A DNA stretch of 63,969 nucleotides, the filler included, from Octopus bimaculoides (taxonomy: Eukaryota), in the NCBI RefSeq assembly GCF_001194135.2. It is 6 parts of 6 records of this genome, joined end to end, with 100 filler letters (N's around TTAATTAATTAA, not from the genome) between each part and the next. Parts side by side here need not be neighbours in the genome. Positions count along the whole stretch, not along the records: positions 1 to 31,198 come from NC_068983.1; 5 more parts are not named here. One strand, 5' to 3'. The stretch's first letter is position 1. Each line of letters starts with the position of its first letter. Positions 12,311 to 24,001 of the stretch are shown here, piece by piece. The position numbers and the translations under genes are program-made. Under the pieces are notes generated by a model, which saw only the letters and a list, made by a program, of their open reading frames with translations, did not search any database and had not been told where the DNA came from.

Positions 12311-14607
12311 CATCATCATCATTATCATCATTGTTTAGCATCCGCTTTCCATACTGGCATGGGTTGGACTGTTTGACTGGGGACTAGTGAGCCTGATGGT
12401 TGCACCAGGCTCCAATCTGATCTGGCAGAGTTTCTGCAGCTGGATGCCCTTCCTAATGCCAACCACTCCAAGAGTGTAGTGGGTGCTTTTATGTGCCACC
12501 GGCATGAGGGCCAGTCAGGCGGTACTAGCAACAGCCACGCTCAAATGGTGTTTTCCACGTACCACCAACACAAGTGCCAGTAAGGTGACATTGGTAACGA
12601 TCATGCTCGAATGGTACTTTTTATGTGCCACCGGCATGGGGGCCATGTGGTGACCCTTGCAGTGATCATGCTCTGATAGTGCTCTTAGCACTCCACTAGC
12701 ACGGATGCCAGTCATGTGGTGCTATCATCGAATTCAATTCCGATTTCACTTGCCTCAACAGGTCTTCACAAGCATACTTTAGTGTCCAATGAAAGAAAGG
12801 TACACCTAAATGGGCTGGTTACACCACCAGTATAGGCCACAGGTTATGGTCTCGCTTGGCCTGCCGGGTCTTCTCAAGCACAGCATATTTCCAAAGGTCT
12901 CAATCACTAGTCATTGCCTCGGTGAGGCCTAATGTTCGAAGGTCGTGCTTCACCACCTCATCCCAGGTCGTCCTGGGTCTACCTCATCCACAGTTTCCCC
13001 CGACTGCTATGGTGTGGCACATTTTCAAACAGTTATCCTCATCCATTTGTACCACATGATCATACCAGCGCAATTGTCTCTCTTGCATGCCACAACTAAT
13101 GCTTCTTAGGTCTAACTATTCTCTCAAGTCGAGTATACACACTGATATTACACATCCATCGGAGCTAACTAGCTTCATTTCTTGTGAGCTTACGCATGTC
13201 CTCAGCAGTCACGGCCCATGTTTCACTGCCATGTACCATGGCTTTTCGTACACAAGCATCATACAGTCAACCTTTTACTCTGAGCGAGAGGCCCTTTATC
13301 ACCAACAGAGGTAAGAGCTCTCTGAACTTTGCCCAGGCTATTCTTATTCTAGCAGTTACGCTTTCAGCGCACCCTACCCCCACAATTGACTTTGTCACCT
13401 AGGTAATGAAAGCTATCAACTACTTCTAGTTTTTCTCCCTGGAATGTGGCAAAAGTTGTTCTCTGTATGTGCACATTTACAGTGTTTATTGCACCTGAAC
13501 ATCTGCCACATACAAAAATTATCTTCCTAGTTAGCTTTCCTTTGATATTGCTGCACCTCTTGTGTGTCCATAGCTTACACTGGGTACAGCTTCTACCTAT
13601 GCCTTTTTTACAGATCGAGCAGGGCCATCTACCTGAAGTTGTTTGTGGTTTGTCTCCTTTCTACTTATTAGAACTTTGATTTTAGCTAGGTTGACTCTAA
13701 GGCCCTTCGATTCTAGTCTTTGCTTCCACACCTGAAACTTCTCTTCTAGCTCTGATAGTGACTCTGCAAATAGGTCATCAGCATAGAGGAGTTCCCAGGG
13801 GCATCTCGTCTTGAGTTCCTCTGTTATTGCCTGGAGGACCATGATAAATAGGAGGGGGCTGAGGACTGAAACTTGGTGGGCCCCTACCTCTACCCGGAAT
13901 TCTTCACTGTACTCGTTGCCAACCCTCACCTTACTGACAGCGACCCTGTACATGGCATGTACAGCTCTCACTAACCATTTATCTATCCCTAGTTTCCTCA
14001 TTCACCACCAGATAATGGATCGGGGGACCCTGTCAAAGGCTTTCTCCATGTCAATGAAAGCCAGGTACAGAGGTCTTACCAGAAATATAGCATCAGTGGT
14101 GTTTTTACCTGGCACGAACTCAAACTGCATCTCATCTAAACTGACTCTCTCTCTAATTAGTTGGGCTATGACCCTCTCCGTGACCTTCATTACCTTATCC
14201 AACAATTTGATACCTCAGTAATTATTTGTATCTAAAGCATCACCTGTACCTTTGTAGCAGTTGACTATGGTGCTGCTACACCAGTCATTGGGTATGACTG
14301 CTTCGTGTATCACATGGTGAACTATACAGGTAACTAGGCTCTAGCCGACACTGCCAGATATTTTGAGCATCTCTGCAGTGATTCCTGATGGGCCAGGGGC
14401 TTTCCCTGTCTTCATACTCTTAACTGCTTTATCTACCAAAGTACTGTCAATTCAGATAGCTGGTCCCTCTGTTGGGTCGACATTTGGCAGACTCTCTTTC
14501 TCCCATTCATTCTCTTTATTAAACAACCTTTCATAGTGGCATCTCCAAACCTCACTATTTGCAGCCTCGTTTAGTGCAAGTGAACCATCATCCATGTGGA
14601 CACATTT
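12311..14607 (-). mobile_element. RTE-clade LINE, 5'-truncated at a gap, RT disrupted
   Basis: ORFs 14002-14205 and 13597-14001 give QF(G/E)FVPGKNTTDAIF, AFIDMEKAFDRVPR, HQVSVLSPLLF and ELLYADDL; followed by the RTE C-terminus, 3' UTR and (GAT)n tail. Confidence 0.95.
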
Positions 14608-15739
14608 NNNNNNNNNNNNNNNNNNNNNNNNNNNNNNNNNNNNNNNNNNNNNNNNNNNNNNNNNNNNNNNNNNNNNNNNNNNNNNNNNNNNNNNNNNNNN
14701 NNNNNNNTTGACACGTAATACTGAAATAGTGTAAGAGATAAGAGATTGCTCCGGGCTTGCATTAAGCAAGAAGTTGAAAATTTCTTTTGACCCATGACAC
14801 TGCATGGACCCTAAGTAAGGTATGTGTAAAATTTGAATGAAATTTTCTGTGTTTTAGTGATGCATGTATACAGGCAGACAGGCAAACAGACAGACATTCT
14901 CAGTTTTATATATATAGATATATATTTATATTTAATGCCCTTTTTATTTGATTTTTATTGGTTTCAGTTTAATGTTAAATCTTTTGTTGCCTTTGTTCAA
15001 TTTCAACATATGTTGTCAGTTTGTTTTAACCTGAAATAGCTAGTCTTGTTTTCCTGAGAACTTTTTCATGTTGTTTATTTCTGATTATCATTAGTCAGTG
15101 TTATTTCTTGGATAGTTACATAAAAGGATACAGTAAAGTGTAGTGTCATACAGTGCAGCTGTTTCTTTCAAGGACAAATGATCTGAACACAGCTGTCTAC
15201 AAAAGTTTGATTAACCTCTCATCTGTGGCAATACAGTTTGAATATGATATAAGTAAATAAATATAGATTTATACATTGATAATTTTTAGAGGTGTTGTAT
15301 AATGCATTGAATCAATTGACAATCATACTTTTTAACTCTAAAATAGTGGAATTTTAACTCAAAATATTCAAGGAATATATATACTTAGTCTACCACAGCT
15401 TCATGTGTGATCTGTCATTTGAAAGCAGTTTATCGTTCAGTCATCTGAATCCAGTATAGCATTCAGTCATCTGCATACAGTCTACTATTCAAGCATTTGA
15501 AAGCAGCTGAGCATTCAATTATTTGAATGTAATCCACAGCTCAATTATTTTAACTTTACTGCCTTAAATAATGATTTCTAACTTTGGCATAAACCCACAA
15601 AGTTTGAAGTAAATTTTGAAAGTAAAAGCCATTTCCATGGTGAAAGCTGAGGTGCAGCTCAGTAGAACATTAGATTCCAATCCTTGCTTCCACCTGAAAT
15701 TTCATTTTGATTTCTACTACAGATTCAGCTATAAGAACA

Positions 15740-16010
15740 TTGTCATTACCATAGAAGACTTCCCATAGGCAACCAGTCTTAAATTCCGTCCCTAACCGTA
15801 ACTCTAACACTAACCCTAAACACTAACCCTAACCCTAAAACCATAACCCTGACAGTAAAACCCTAATCCTAACACTGTAGTGAAGATCGTGCGGGTGTTA
15901 CGGAAAAGGCCAATCTTTGGTAAAGATCGCCGAAGACACTGTTTACGGAAAAGGCCGATATTTAGGAACTCGTACCGAAAGACTGCCGGGGATCAAGAAC
16001 CAATCCTTGA
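15740..16010. repeat. Degenerate (CCCTAA)n-containing interspersed element
   Basis: CTAACCCTAA-like units at ~15808-15875 followed by a repeated TACGGAAAAGGCC motif; internal position, not a chromosome end. Confidence 0.5.
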
Positions 16011-18433
16011 GGAACTCCTACCCACACATTAAATTCATTGCTATACTCATTGCCAACTTTCACCTTACAATCAGCCTACCTGTACATGGTTTGAACAGCT
16101 TTCAACAACCACTCATCTACCCCTAGCTTCTGCATCACTCACCAGCTGAGGAAGCATGGTATTGGCCATATTTTTTGATATTCCCTATGGTGGCAAAAGT
16201 GTATTAATATTATTGTAACAATTGCAACTAAGGAAAATATTCATTACAATAAATAGTGTGAGAATGTGGGGATTAAGGAAATCCAGGCAGATACTTCAGT
16301 CAGCACTCCATGTGTAAAATGTGGTTAACAGAATGTCAGTGAGGAAAATCAGAATCCATATTCATTTAATCCACTAGATGCCATGCTGTGGGATTGAGCC
16401 CAAAATCAGCGTCACTGTGTGAGTGTTTAAGTTATTTGTTAATGTATACCCTAGCTCATTTTTCTTCTGTTTCTTCTTTTTTTTTCATGTGTAGAGACCA
16501 GTGAAATAAATATACCTTATTTGAAAAATAAGTTTTGGCCACACAAAGGGCATATGATTATAGAATATTGTGTCAATAATTTCCCTCCAATCCATGTTAG
16601 CAGAGAAATGTCAAATGTAAAAACAACGCCAACATGTGAAAAGAGACAGAGAGAGAGAAAAAGAGAGGGAAACACATAACAAACTTCCACACAGTTTTTG
16701 TCCACTAAATTCCAGCTAGAAAGTATTGATTCAGTCTGAGGTTGCAGTAGAAGACATTTTAACAAAGTACCACAGTTTGGTTGGACTCACAACTGTCTGG
16801 CAGTAAAGTGAATTTCTTAACCACATTCCTATAGCTGTGCCTATGTTAGAAACAATAATGATTACACTGTGTAACACAACTTTTGTCCTTGGGTAACAAC
16901 TGTTATTTCTTATTTGCTTGCCCCTAGAAAGTATGAAAAATGGTTAATATTTCCTTTAGACTTTGTTTTTGTTACATTTATTCAAACCTCAAAGAATCCC
17001 TCTCAATACATTATGATTCTCCCCTACTACTCCTGTTCATGATCAGAGATGCACATATTGTCAGCCACTAAGAGACATGCTTAAGTGGTTCAGGTCAAGC
17101 AACTGACGATCAAGTCTATGATATTGAGCAGAATATTTACTCTAATGATATTTCTGCTTGAACGACTCAGCAATGTGAAATGTAATGGAAAATAGGTCAG
17201 TTTCAAATCATTGATGTCCAGGTCACAAATGCAAAGTTTGAAGGGAATAGTAGTCATTTCCTTTGATTTCTAGATAGAAGCAAATAGGAAATGATACTTA
17301 CTGACCAAAGACAAAAAAAATAAACATTTTGTTATACTCTATATAATCTGCTTGTTCATTCGCCTGTTATATATTATTTAGTTAGAGAGGTGGAGATGGA
17401 GTAAGGGTGAGGAGTGAAGAAAGAAGAGAGGAAGAAGTAGAAAAAGCTGATTAGTATCAATACACTTGGGCTAAATGGTCACATGATCAGCTGAAGGTAG
17501 AGGTGAAAAATGAGAGAAAAAGGCAATGAGAGAAAAATGAGAGAGAGAGAAATCTTAAAGTGTGGTGGGATGGAGAAGGAATACTTATTACATGGTTAAA
17601 AAGTTAGCTGGGAAAGGTAGAAGAAGAGAGAGGGACAGTTATACTGAAAGAGACAGAGAGATAGGCAGATAGCACGGGTGGTGGTGGTGTGTTGATATTG
17701 AAAAGTATTTTTTATTGAACTAATTTTTTTTATGGTGACGATTCACATAAGTGCAATTTATTGTCTGCTTGCTTTAAAAATTGATATTTGTTTATAAGGG
17801 TTAATTTAGTCTAAACTCTGGATTCACAAGCAACACAGTTGCAAACTGCCCAAGAAAGGATGAGCAGAAATAGAGCACAGATCAGAGAGGAGATATAATA
17901 AAATGAGGCAAAAGACAAGACCAAAGGAGATGTGAGAAAATGAATGTAGACGAACGTCAAGAATATTTAAAGAAAGCTACACTATGAATGCAACAAAATA
18001 CAAATCATCCTTTCTTTCATAAATAGGTCCTCTTAATTTTTTCCCTTCCATGGAATTTACACAGGTCCTACTAGTTATTATCATTATGCAAAATTATTAT
18101 TCTGCAAATGATGGAACTGATTGAGTGAATGAGTTCACCAAGATCAACTTTATTTCATCTATCAGGGGTCAATAAAATTATTACTAGTCAGTCATTCAGA
18201 TTGATTTAATCGATTATTCTCTGTCTCAAATTCTGTATTCATATACCTCTGTTAGAGATCATTATTATTTGAGTTCAAATCCTGCTAAAGTCAATGTTAC
18301 CTTTCATATTTCAATAAAATGAGTATCACTCAAATACTGGGTGCATTATCATTATCATTATCAAATAACTGAATGTATTTCTTTAGATTTATCCATTTAT
18401 TCCTTCCAAACCTTCCTTCTAATATAGTTATAG

Positions 18434-18705
18434 TTCATAAAGTTACGAATGGAATATAAAGATGTTGGGTGTGAAACATATAAACTGTCTCAACTAACTT
18501 TAGCATTTTATTCCTCTATTTGCAAACAGTTTGATGAATACGGCTCATTTGTAGAGGCAGAAAATGTGGACGAAGATACAAAAAGGGAATATCTAATTCA
18601 CTGCGAAAGTATATTTGACTCACTAGTATGGGTCAGCAAAACACCTATCGTCAATAATTTTAACTTGCGGAGACAAAGCTTGATTGAATCAAGTATTGCT
18701 AAAGA
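18434..18705 (+). CDS. TTC16: TTC16-like gene, coding exon 2
   Basis: Pyrimidine tract ...TTATAG|TTC (phase 0), open frame FIKLRMEYKDVGC...SSIAK, strong donor GA|GTAAGT at 18706 (phase 2) that joins 21491 to give GAC. Confidence 0.7.
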
Positions 18706-19136
18706 GTAAGTTTGCCTCATCAACATCATAGTCACAATCTCATTATCATCAACATCATAATCATTGCAGTCATTGCTATCATCATCATCATCTTCATAAC
18801 CATTTTTCCCTTACTTAGATCACACACATACACACACACACACACATACGTATCTGTTTTTTGTCTTATCTTTTCTTTTAAAGATTATGAAAATTGTTTC
18901 TATATTATTTTGCATTTGCAAGGGTAGCTACTTTGGGTAAACTGTTATTTCCCAGCCATAATCTAGTTGATATCTTTTGTTTTTTTTAAATATCTTCATT
19001 TTTGGATGGGATAAATTAATTTGAATTTTTCCTTTTCCTTTTATGAAAACTATCAAACTTAGCCCAAACACCCTGTATGTATGTATGTATGTATGTATGT
19101 ATGTATGTATGTATGTATGTGTGTGTGTGTATGTGT

Positions 19137-19511
19137 GGAGGTGCAATGGCCCAGTTGTTAGGGCAGCGGACTCGCGGTCATAGGATCGCGGTTTCAATTC
19201 CCAGATCGGGCGTTGTGAGTGTTTATTGATCGAAAACACATAAAGCTCCACGAGGCTCCGGCAGGGGATGGTGGCGAACCCTGCTGTACTCTTCCACCAC
19301 AACTTTCTCTCACTCTTTCTTCCTGTTTCTGTTGTACCTGTATTTCAAAGGGCCAGCCTTGTCACACTGAATATCCTCGAGAACTACGTTAAGGGTACAC
19401 TTGTCTGTGGATTTCTCAGCCACTTGCACGTTAATTTCATGAGCAGGCTGTTCCGTTGATTGGATCGACTGGAACCTTCGACGTCGTAAGCGACAGAGTG
19501 CCAACAACAAC
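19137..19511 (+). mobile_element. tRNA-derived SINE (family B), apparently full length
   Basis: A box TGGCCCAGTTG, B box GGTTTCAATTCC, unrelated body, (CAA)n tail. A diverged copy lies at ~38257-38535. Confidence 0.85.
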
Positions 19512-19879
19512 ATGTATGTATGTATGTATGTATAGTGAAAATTTAGATTTAAATTTAAAATTTAAACTGTGTTTTGAGTATATCCCACGTAGTATGCCAG
19601 CAAAGCACATTCACTGCTTATGGCTACCTTGTTCAGTCACAGTGATTGCATGATCGTCGCTGGATCTACACGAGGAATTCCTTAGTGCACATTGAGTATA
19701 GCAGAAACAATTGATACAGAAGATAGAGTATACTGGGTACTTTATTTATCACAACAATCATTTCAACACATCCACCACTGCTCCCTTGTAGAAATGAATT
19801 GTGGGGAAGAGAATCCTCAAGGACAGGTTGTGTGTAGGAGCATAGTCATAAATGACATGTCTTTAGGGTCTTGTTATTG

Positions 19880-20170
19880 TTTAGATGGATGGGTCTTCTC
19901 AAGTACTGCAAATAATCATCTCAGTCCTTTATCATCACTGTGAGGCTCAACATCTTGAAGTCATTTTTTCACTACTTTATCAAATGTCTTCCTGGGTTTC
20001 CCTCTTCTACTGCTTTCATTCTCATTTAGTAATCAGCACTTCTTTATGCAGCTGTCCTCATCCATATGCATCACATGTCTATACCAGTGCAGTTTTGTTT
20101 TTTGCACATTACATCTGATGCCACTCATGCCCAATATTTCTCTCAACACATTTGGACTTTGTCATACATT
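19880..20170 (-). mobile_element. RTE 3' coding fragment
   Basis: Reverse-strand similarity to the RTE C-terminal region (GRPRKTW...DL..LSLT). Confidence 0.6.
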
Positions 20171-20680
20171 GACACTGGAATTATACCATATACATATTAT
20201 ATATACATATGTAGATATGCAATGTGTGGTTAAGAAGTTTGCTTCCCAACTACATGGTTTCAAGCTCAAGCCAATCAAAGCCTTGTAAGTGGGTTTGGTT
20301 GACAAAAACTGAAAACACCCCATCATATATATATATTTATACATGTGCGTGTCCTTGTCTTGACATTACACAACAAATACAAATGAGCATCACTATCAGC
20401 TAAAGGAAAAAGTACCTTGCTTGAAATCAGGTGAAGGCTAGCAACAAGTAGTACATCTATCTATGAAAATCTACCTCAAAGAATTCCATCTAACCCATGC
20501 AAACTGGAAAAGTATAGAAAAGTGGTTGTTAAATTAATAATAATGCTATCTATATATATATACCATCGTTATTTAAGGTCCATTATCCATGTTGGCATGG
20601 ATTGGATGGTTTAACAGGAGCTGGCAAGCTGAAGAACCACCCAGGGTCTATTGTCTGCTTTGGCATGTTTTCTACAGCTG

Positions 20681-20719
<39 letters not shown>

Positions 20720-20720
<1 letters not shown>

Positions 20721-21392
20721 ACAGGTTCCTTGTTTAAGTTGGTGAATGCTGCCATAATCCTTCATCGTTGGTGTTACAGGGAATTTTGTTGATCTCTCAC
20801 TCAACTGAACCCCACACATAATAATCAAGGGGTTGCAGTCTGGGAAGTTAGGTGGACAGATGTTAGAGGTGATGTGGTCGCAGAAATTGTCTGACAGCCA
20901 TGACTGGGTTTTCCTGCTTGTGTGGCATGATGCAATGCAGAGTCCTGTTGCCAGACACAGAGTCTTCCAGCAGCCACCCACTTGACCCAGGGCAGCACTA
21001 CCTCCTCCAGGCACTTGATGTAGGCCTCTGTGTTGAGTCTGAGGCGGTGTAGGAAGATGAATGGAGGCATAACGTTGCCATCACTAGTGATCACTCCAAG
21101 CACAATGATGTTGACTGAATGTTTGATTTTTATCACTCTCGGTACATGTCCTCAGATCGACACCCAAACACTCTGAAATGTTCATATTGGAGCTTCTGGC
21201 ATGAATGCCAAGTAATACAGCATGTCGTTTCCAAATTTCTGGCAGAGTGAATTGCATCAGGGTGCTGTTTTGCTCACAGACAGTGCCCAGCTGACCCTAC
21301 TATACTGTGTAGGTGACAAAGCCAAAAAATAAAAACTATGTTTACTTGAAATTAAAAATATAAAATGGCAACAATTTACTCATTGCACCCTG
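20720..21392 (-). mobile_element. Tc1/mariner (maT/DD37D-like) transposon relic
   Basis: Minus frames: IIVLGVITSDGNVMPPFIF...YIKCLEEVVLPWVKWVAAGRLCVWQQDSA and NICPPNFPDCNPL (WPPxSPDxNPxD-like). TIR end TA-CAGGGTG at 21392. Confidence 0.85.
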
Positions 21393-21490
21393 TATATGTA
21401 TGTTATAAGTAAAGAGACAGGTTCAAGATAAAATTGAATGTGACAAAAAAAACAAACACAATCCATTGATCTACTTTCTTTTACTTGCAG

Positions 21491-21826
21491 CATAATGTCA
21501 GCTAAGAATTACAAGTCAGAAAAGAACTACTCTGAGTGTTTGAAATCATTAAGCAAAGCAGTTATGATGGACTTCAATAACCCTTTCTACCTAGCTGACC
21601 GAGCAGAAGTCTATATCATTCTTGGAGATATTCAGTCTGCTGTGCAAAATTACAGCCGAGCTGTATTCCTCTACCAAAGCTCACCAGTCTTTAGATCTCG
21701 TTTAGCCAAACTTTACTGCTTTCAGGGACAAGCCTTTCTTGACTTCAGAATGTATCATCAAGCTTTTAAAGCTTTTCTCAAAGCTTCCAAGTGGGATCCT
21801 GAACAGTTAATATACAAAGCTAAAAG
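21491..21826 (+). CDS. TTC16: TTC16-like gene, coding exon 3 (TPR repeats)
   Basis: Acceptor TTACTTGCAG|C, donor AG|GTAAAT. SLSKAVMMDFNNPFYLADRAEVYIILGDIQSAVQNYSRA...LYCFQGQAFLD aligns by eye with recalled human TTC16 FSRALHLDPQLVDFYALRAEAYLQLCDFSSAAQNLRRA...LYLQGQCLFE. Confidence 0.9.
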
Positions 21827-24001
21827 GTAAATTTTAAAAAAAAGCATATTTTTTAATTTTTCATCCCCCATGACCAAGCAGTTTGATAAAAAAAAAAAAC
21901 TAACAGTATAAGCACCAGATTTAAAATAAGTACTGGGGTCAATTTGTTTGATTAAACTCTTGAAAGTGGTGCCCCAGCATAGCAGCAGTCCTGTGAGAAC
22001 AATTTTATTGTTATTTGTTTGTCAAACTGCTATGTTCTGGAAAATAAATACATGCACATACATATACACCAGACTTCCATACAGTTTCCTGCCACCAAAA
22101 TTCATTCTCAAGACATTAATAAACTTAAACTATAGTAGAAGACATTGGCCCAAGGTGCCACAAATGAGACTGAACCCAAAGCTATGTAGTTGCAAAGCAG
22201 ATTTTTGTTAACCACATATTTATGCCTGGCAATATTACCTTATTTGGAAACAGATAAGAATTGGTGACAGGTTGTTGAAAATCTGCCTCAATAAACTCTG
22301 TCCAACCCATGCAAATATGGAGAGATGATGACAATAACAATGATGGAATTTTAGTAAAAAAAATCAAGTGGTAGTGGTTTCATACTGGCTTTTTGTCTTA
22401 CTAGCCAACAACTATTTGACTAGGGCAAAGGTTCTCAACCCATTTTGGCCTTTGGAGTCACAAATGGCTCCCCTAGAAAATATTTTTATTTTTCAATAGA
22501 CTACTTATTTTGATATCAGCAGATAATGATTAAAAAATAAAGGACGTCGTTTTGCATATGTGCTTGTACGCACTCTGGAATACAGATGTACAAATTGAAA
22601 TGCAAGAAAACAAAATAATGAATTGAATGTTTGGTATTTCCACCACACGACACCTATGAGACCAATGTGTTGTCTATAAAAAGAGTGCTCTTTGGTACCA
22701 AGTAAATGCCAATGAAATCATTTCAAACCTTTCCGATTTCCTTTATCAAAACAGCTAGAACTTGTGCAACAATCTGACATTTAAGTTATTGTCACTCAGG
22801 AAGAGGATTTTTTTATGCTCAAGAAAGAGAGTATATTTGATAGAAATTGTTGAAATATATATGTACTTCATATGAGTAAAAAATTGTTGGGGATGGTATT
22901 CACTGTATTTGGATCTAGTTAGTTTGAGTAACAAAATCATCCCCCTTTCAAAATGATATTAAAAAATCTGAAAATTTGTCATATTAAACATTCATTTTTT
23001 ATTCAGGATCTAGTTTGTTTCATTCACAAAATCTCCCTTTTTTTAAAAGGAAGTAAAAAATCTGAAAATTGGTTATCTTGATGCAGTTTTCCATGCTTAT
23101 TCCTATGAAGCCATGAACTTCTGAAGAAAAATTTTGACACACACAAAGTTTGTTTTTTATAATTTGTGGTTTTAATATATGGACAGTCTGAATCTACCAT
23201 TTCTTTCTCTATAATTTCCAAATAATTTTTTAAATACTTCAAAATCAAAATTGCGTAGATATGTGTGCCAGAAACAGTAGTTAAAAATTAAGGAAATAGA
23301 TTTTTGGGAGATCTCTTATTATGACTAACTTTTATTCCATTATTCTAATATCTTCTGAAACTTATACATGTATAAATGCATACAGAAACATACAAATATA
23401 AACACACACACATACATTTTTACAGAGTTTGTTTTATATAAATCGAGTTCAAATTCCTCTGCTGACAGAATACAAAATCCAGAAGATGAATAGCTAAGGC
23501 TTTTACTTTCAACCTTTCATATACTCCTGTTTCAGCATTGATCATAATCCCTACCCCACCCCCGTCCATTCTTTATTATCTATCTATTTCTTTACCATGT
23601 AAACACCACCCGTTTTGATTTGTCTCCCTGTTTGTCTTAAATTCATGCATTCCTTTTAATTGCCACGCTTTATTTATTTATTTATTTTCTTTACTTTATT
23701 CAAATTTATCGTTCCTTAACTCATTCTCTCTAAATTTGTCTACCATAGTATAAAAGTACAGAAGTGGCTCTTACTTTAAACTTGCTGGCTCGTGGTATGC
23801 CTGCCCTCCCGCCCCCTCCACCAGTACCAGAAGTTCTTATCCCCCGTCATCCTTGGTTGTCTCCCACGTACACTTCTGAGGGCCTAATGCCATCCCCTCT
23901 CCTACCCAGGGTTTTAGTGATCATATAGCGCATAAAAATGGTGTAGTGTATGCAGGTTGTAGACATTGTTTATGAATTCTGCCAAATGCAAGCTTTCTTT
24001 T

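Noticed and set aside
19137-19215. tRNA gene
   Set aside because: A and B boxes are present but there is no cloverleaf or T-run terminator, and it continues into a SINE body and tail.
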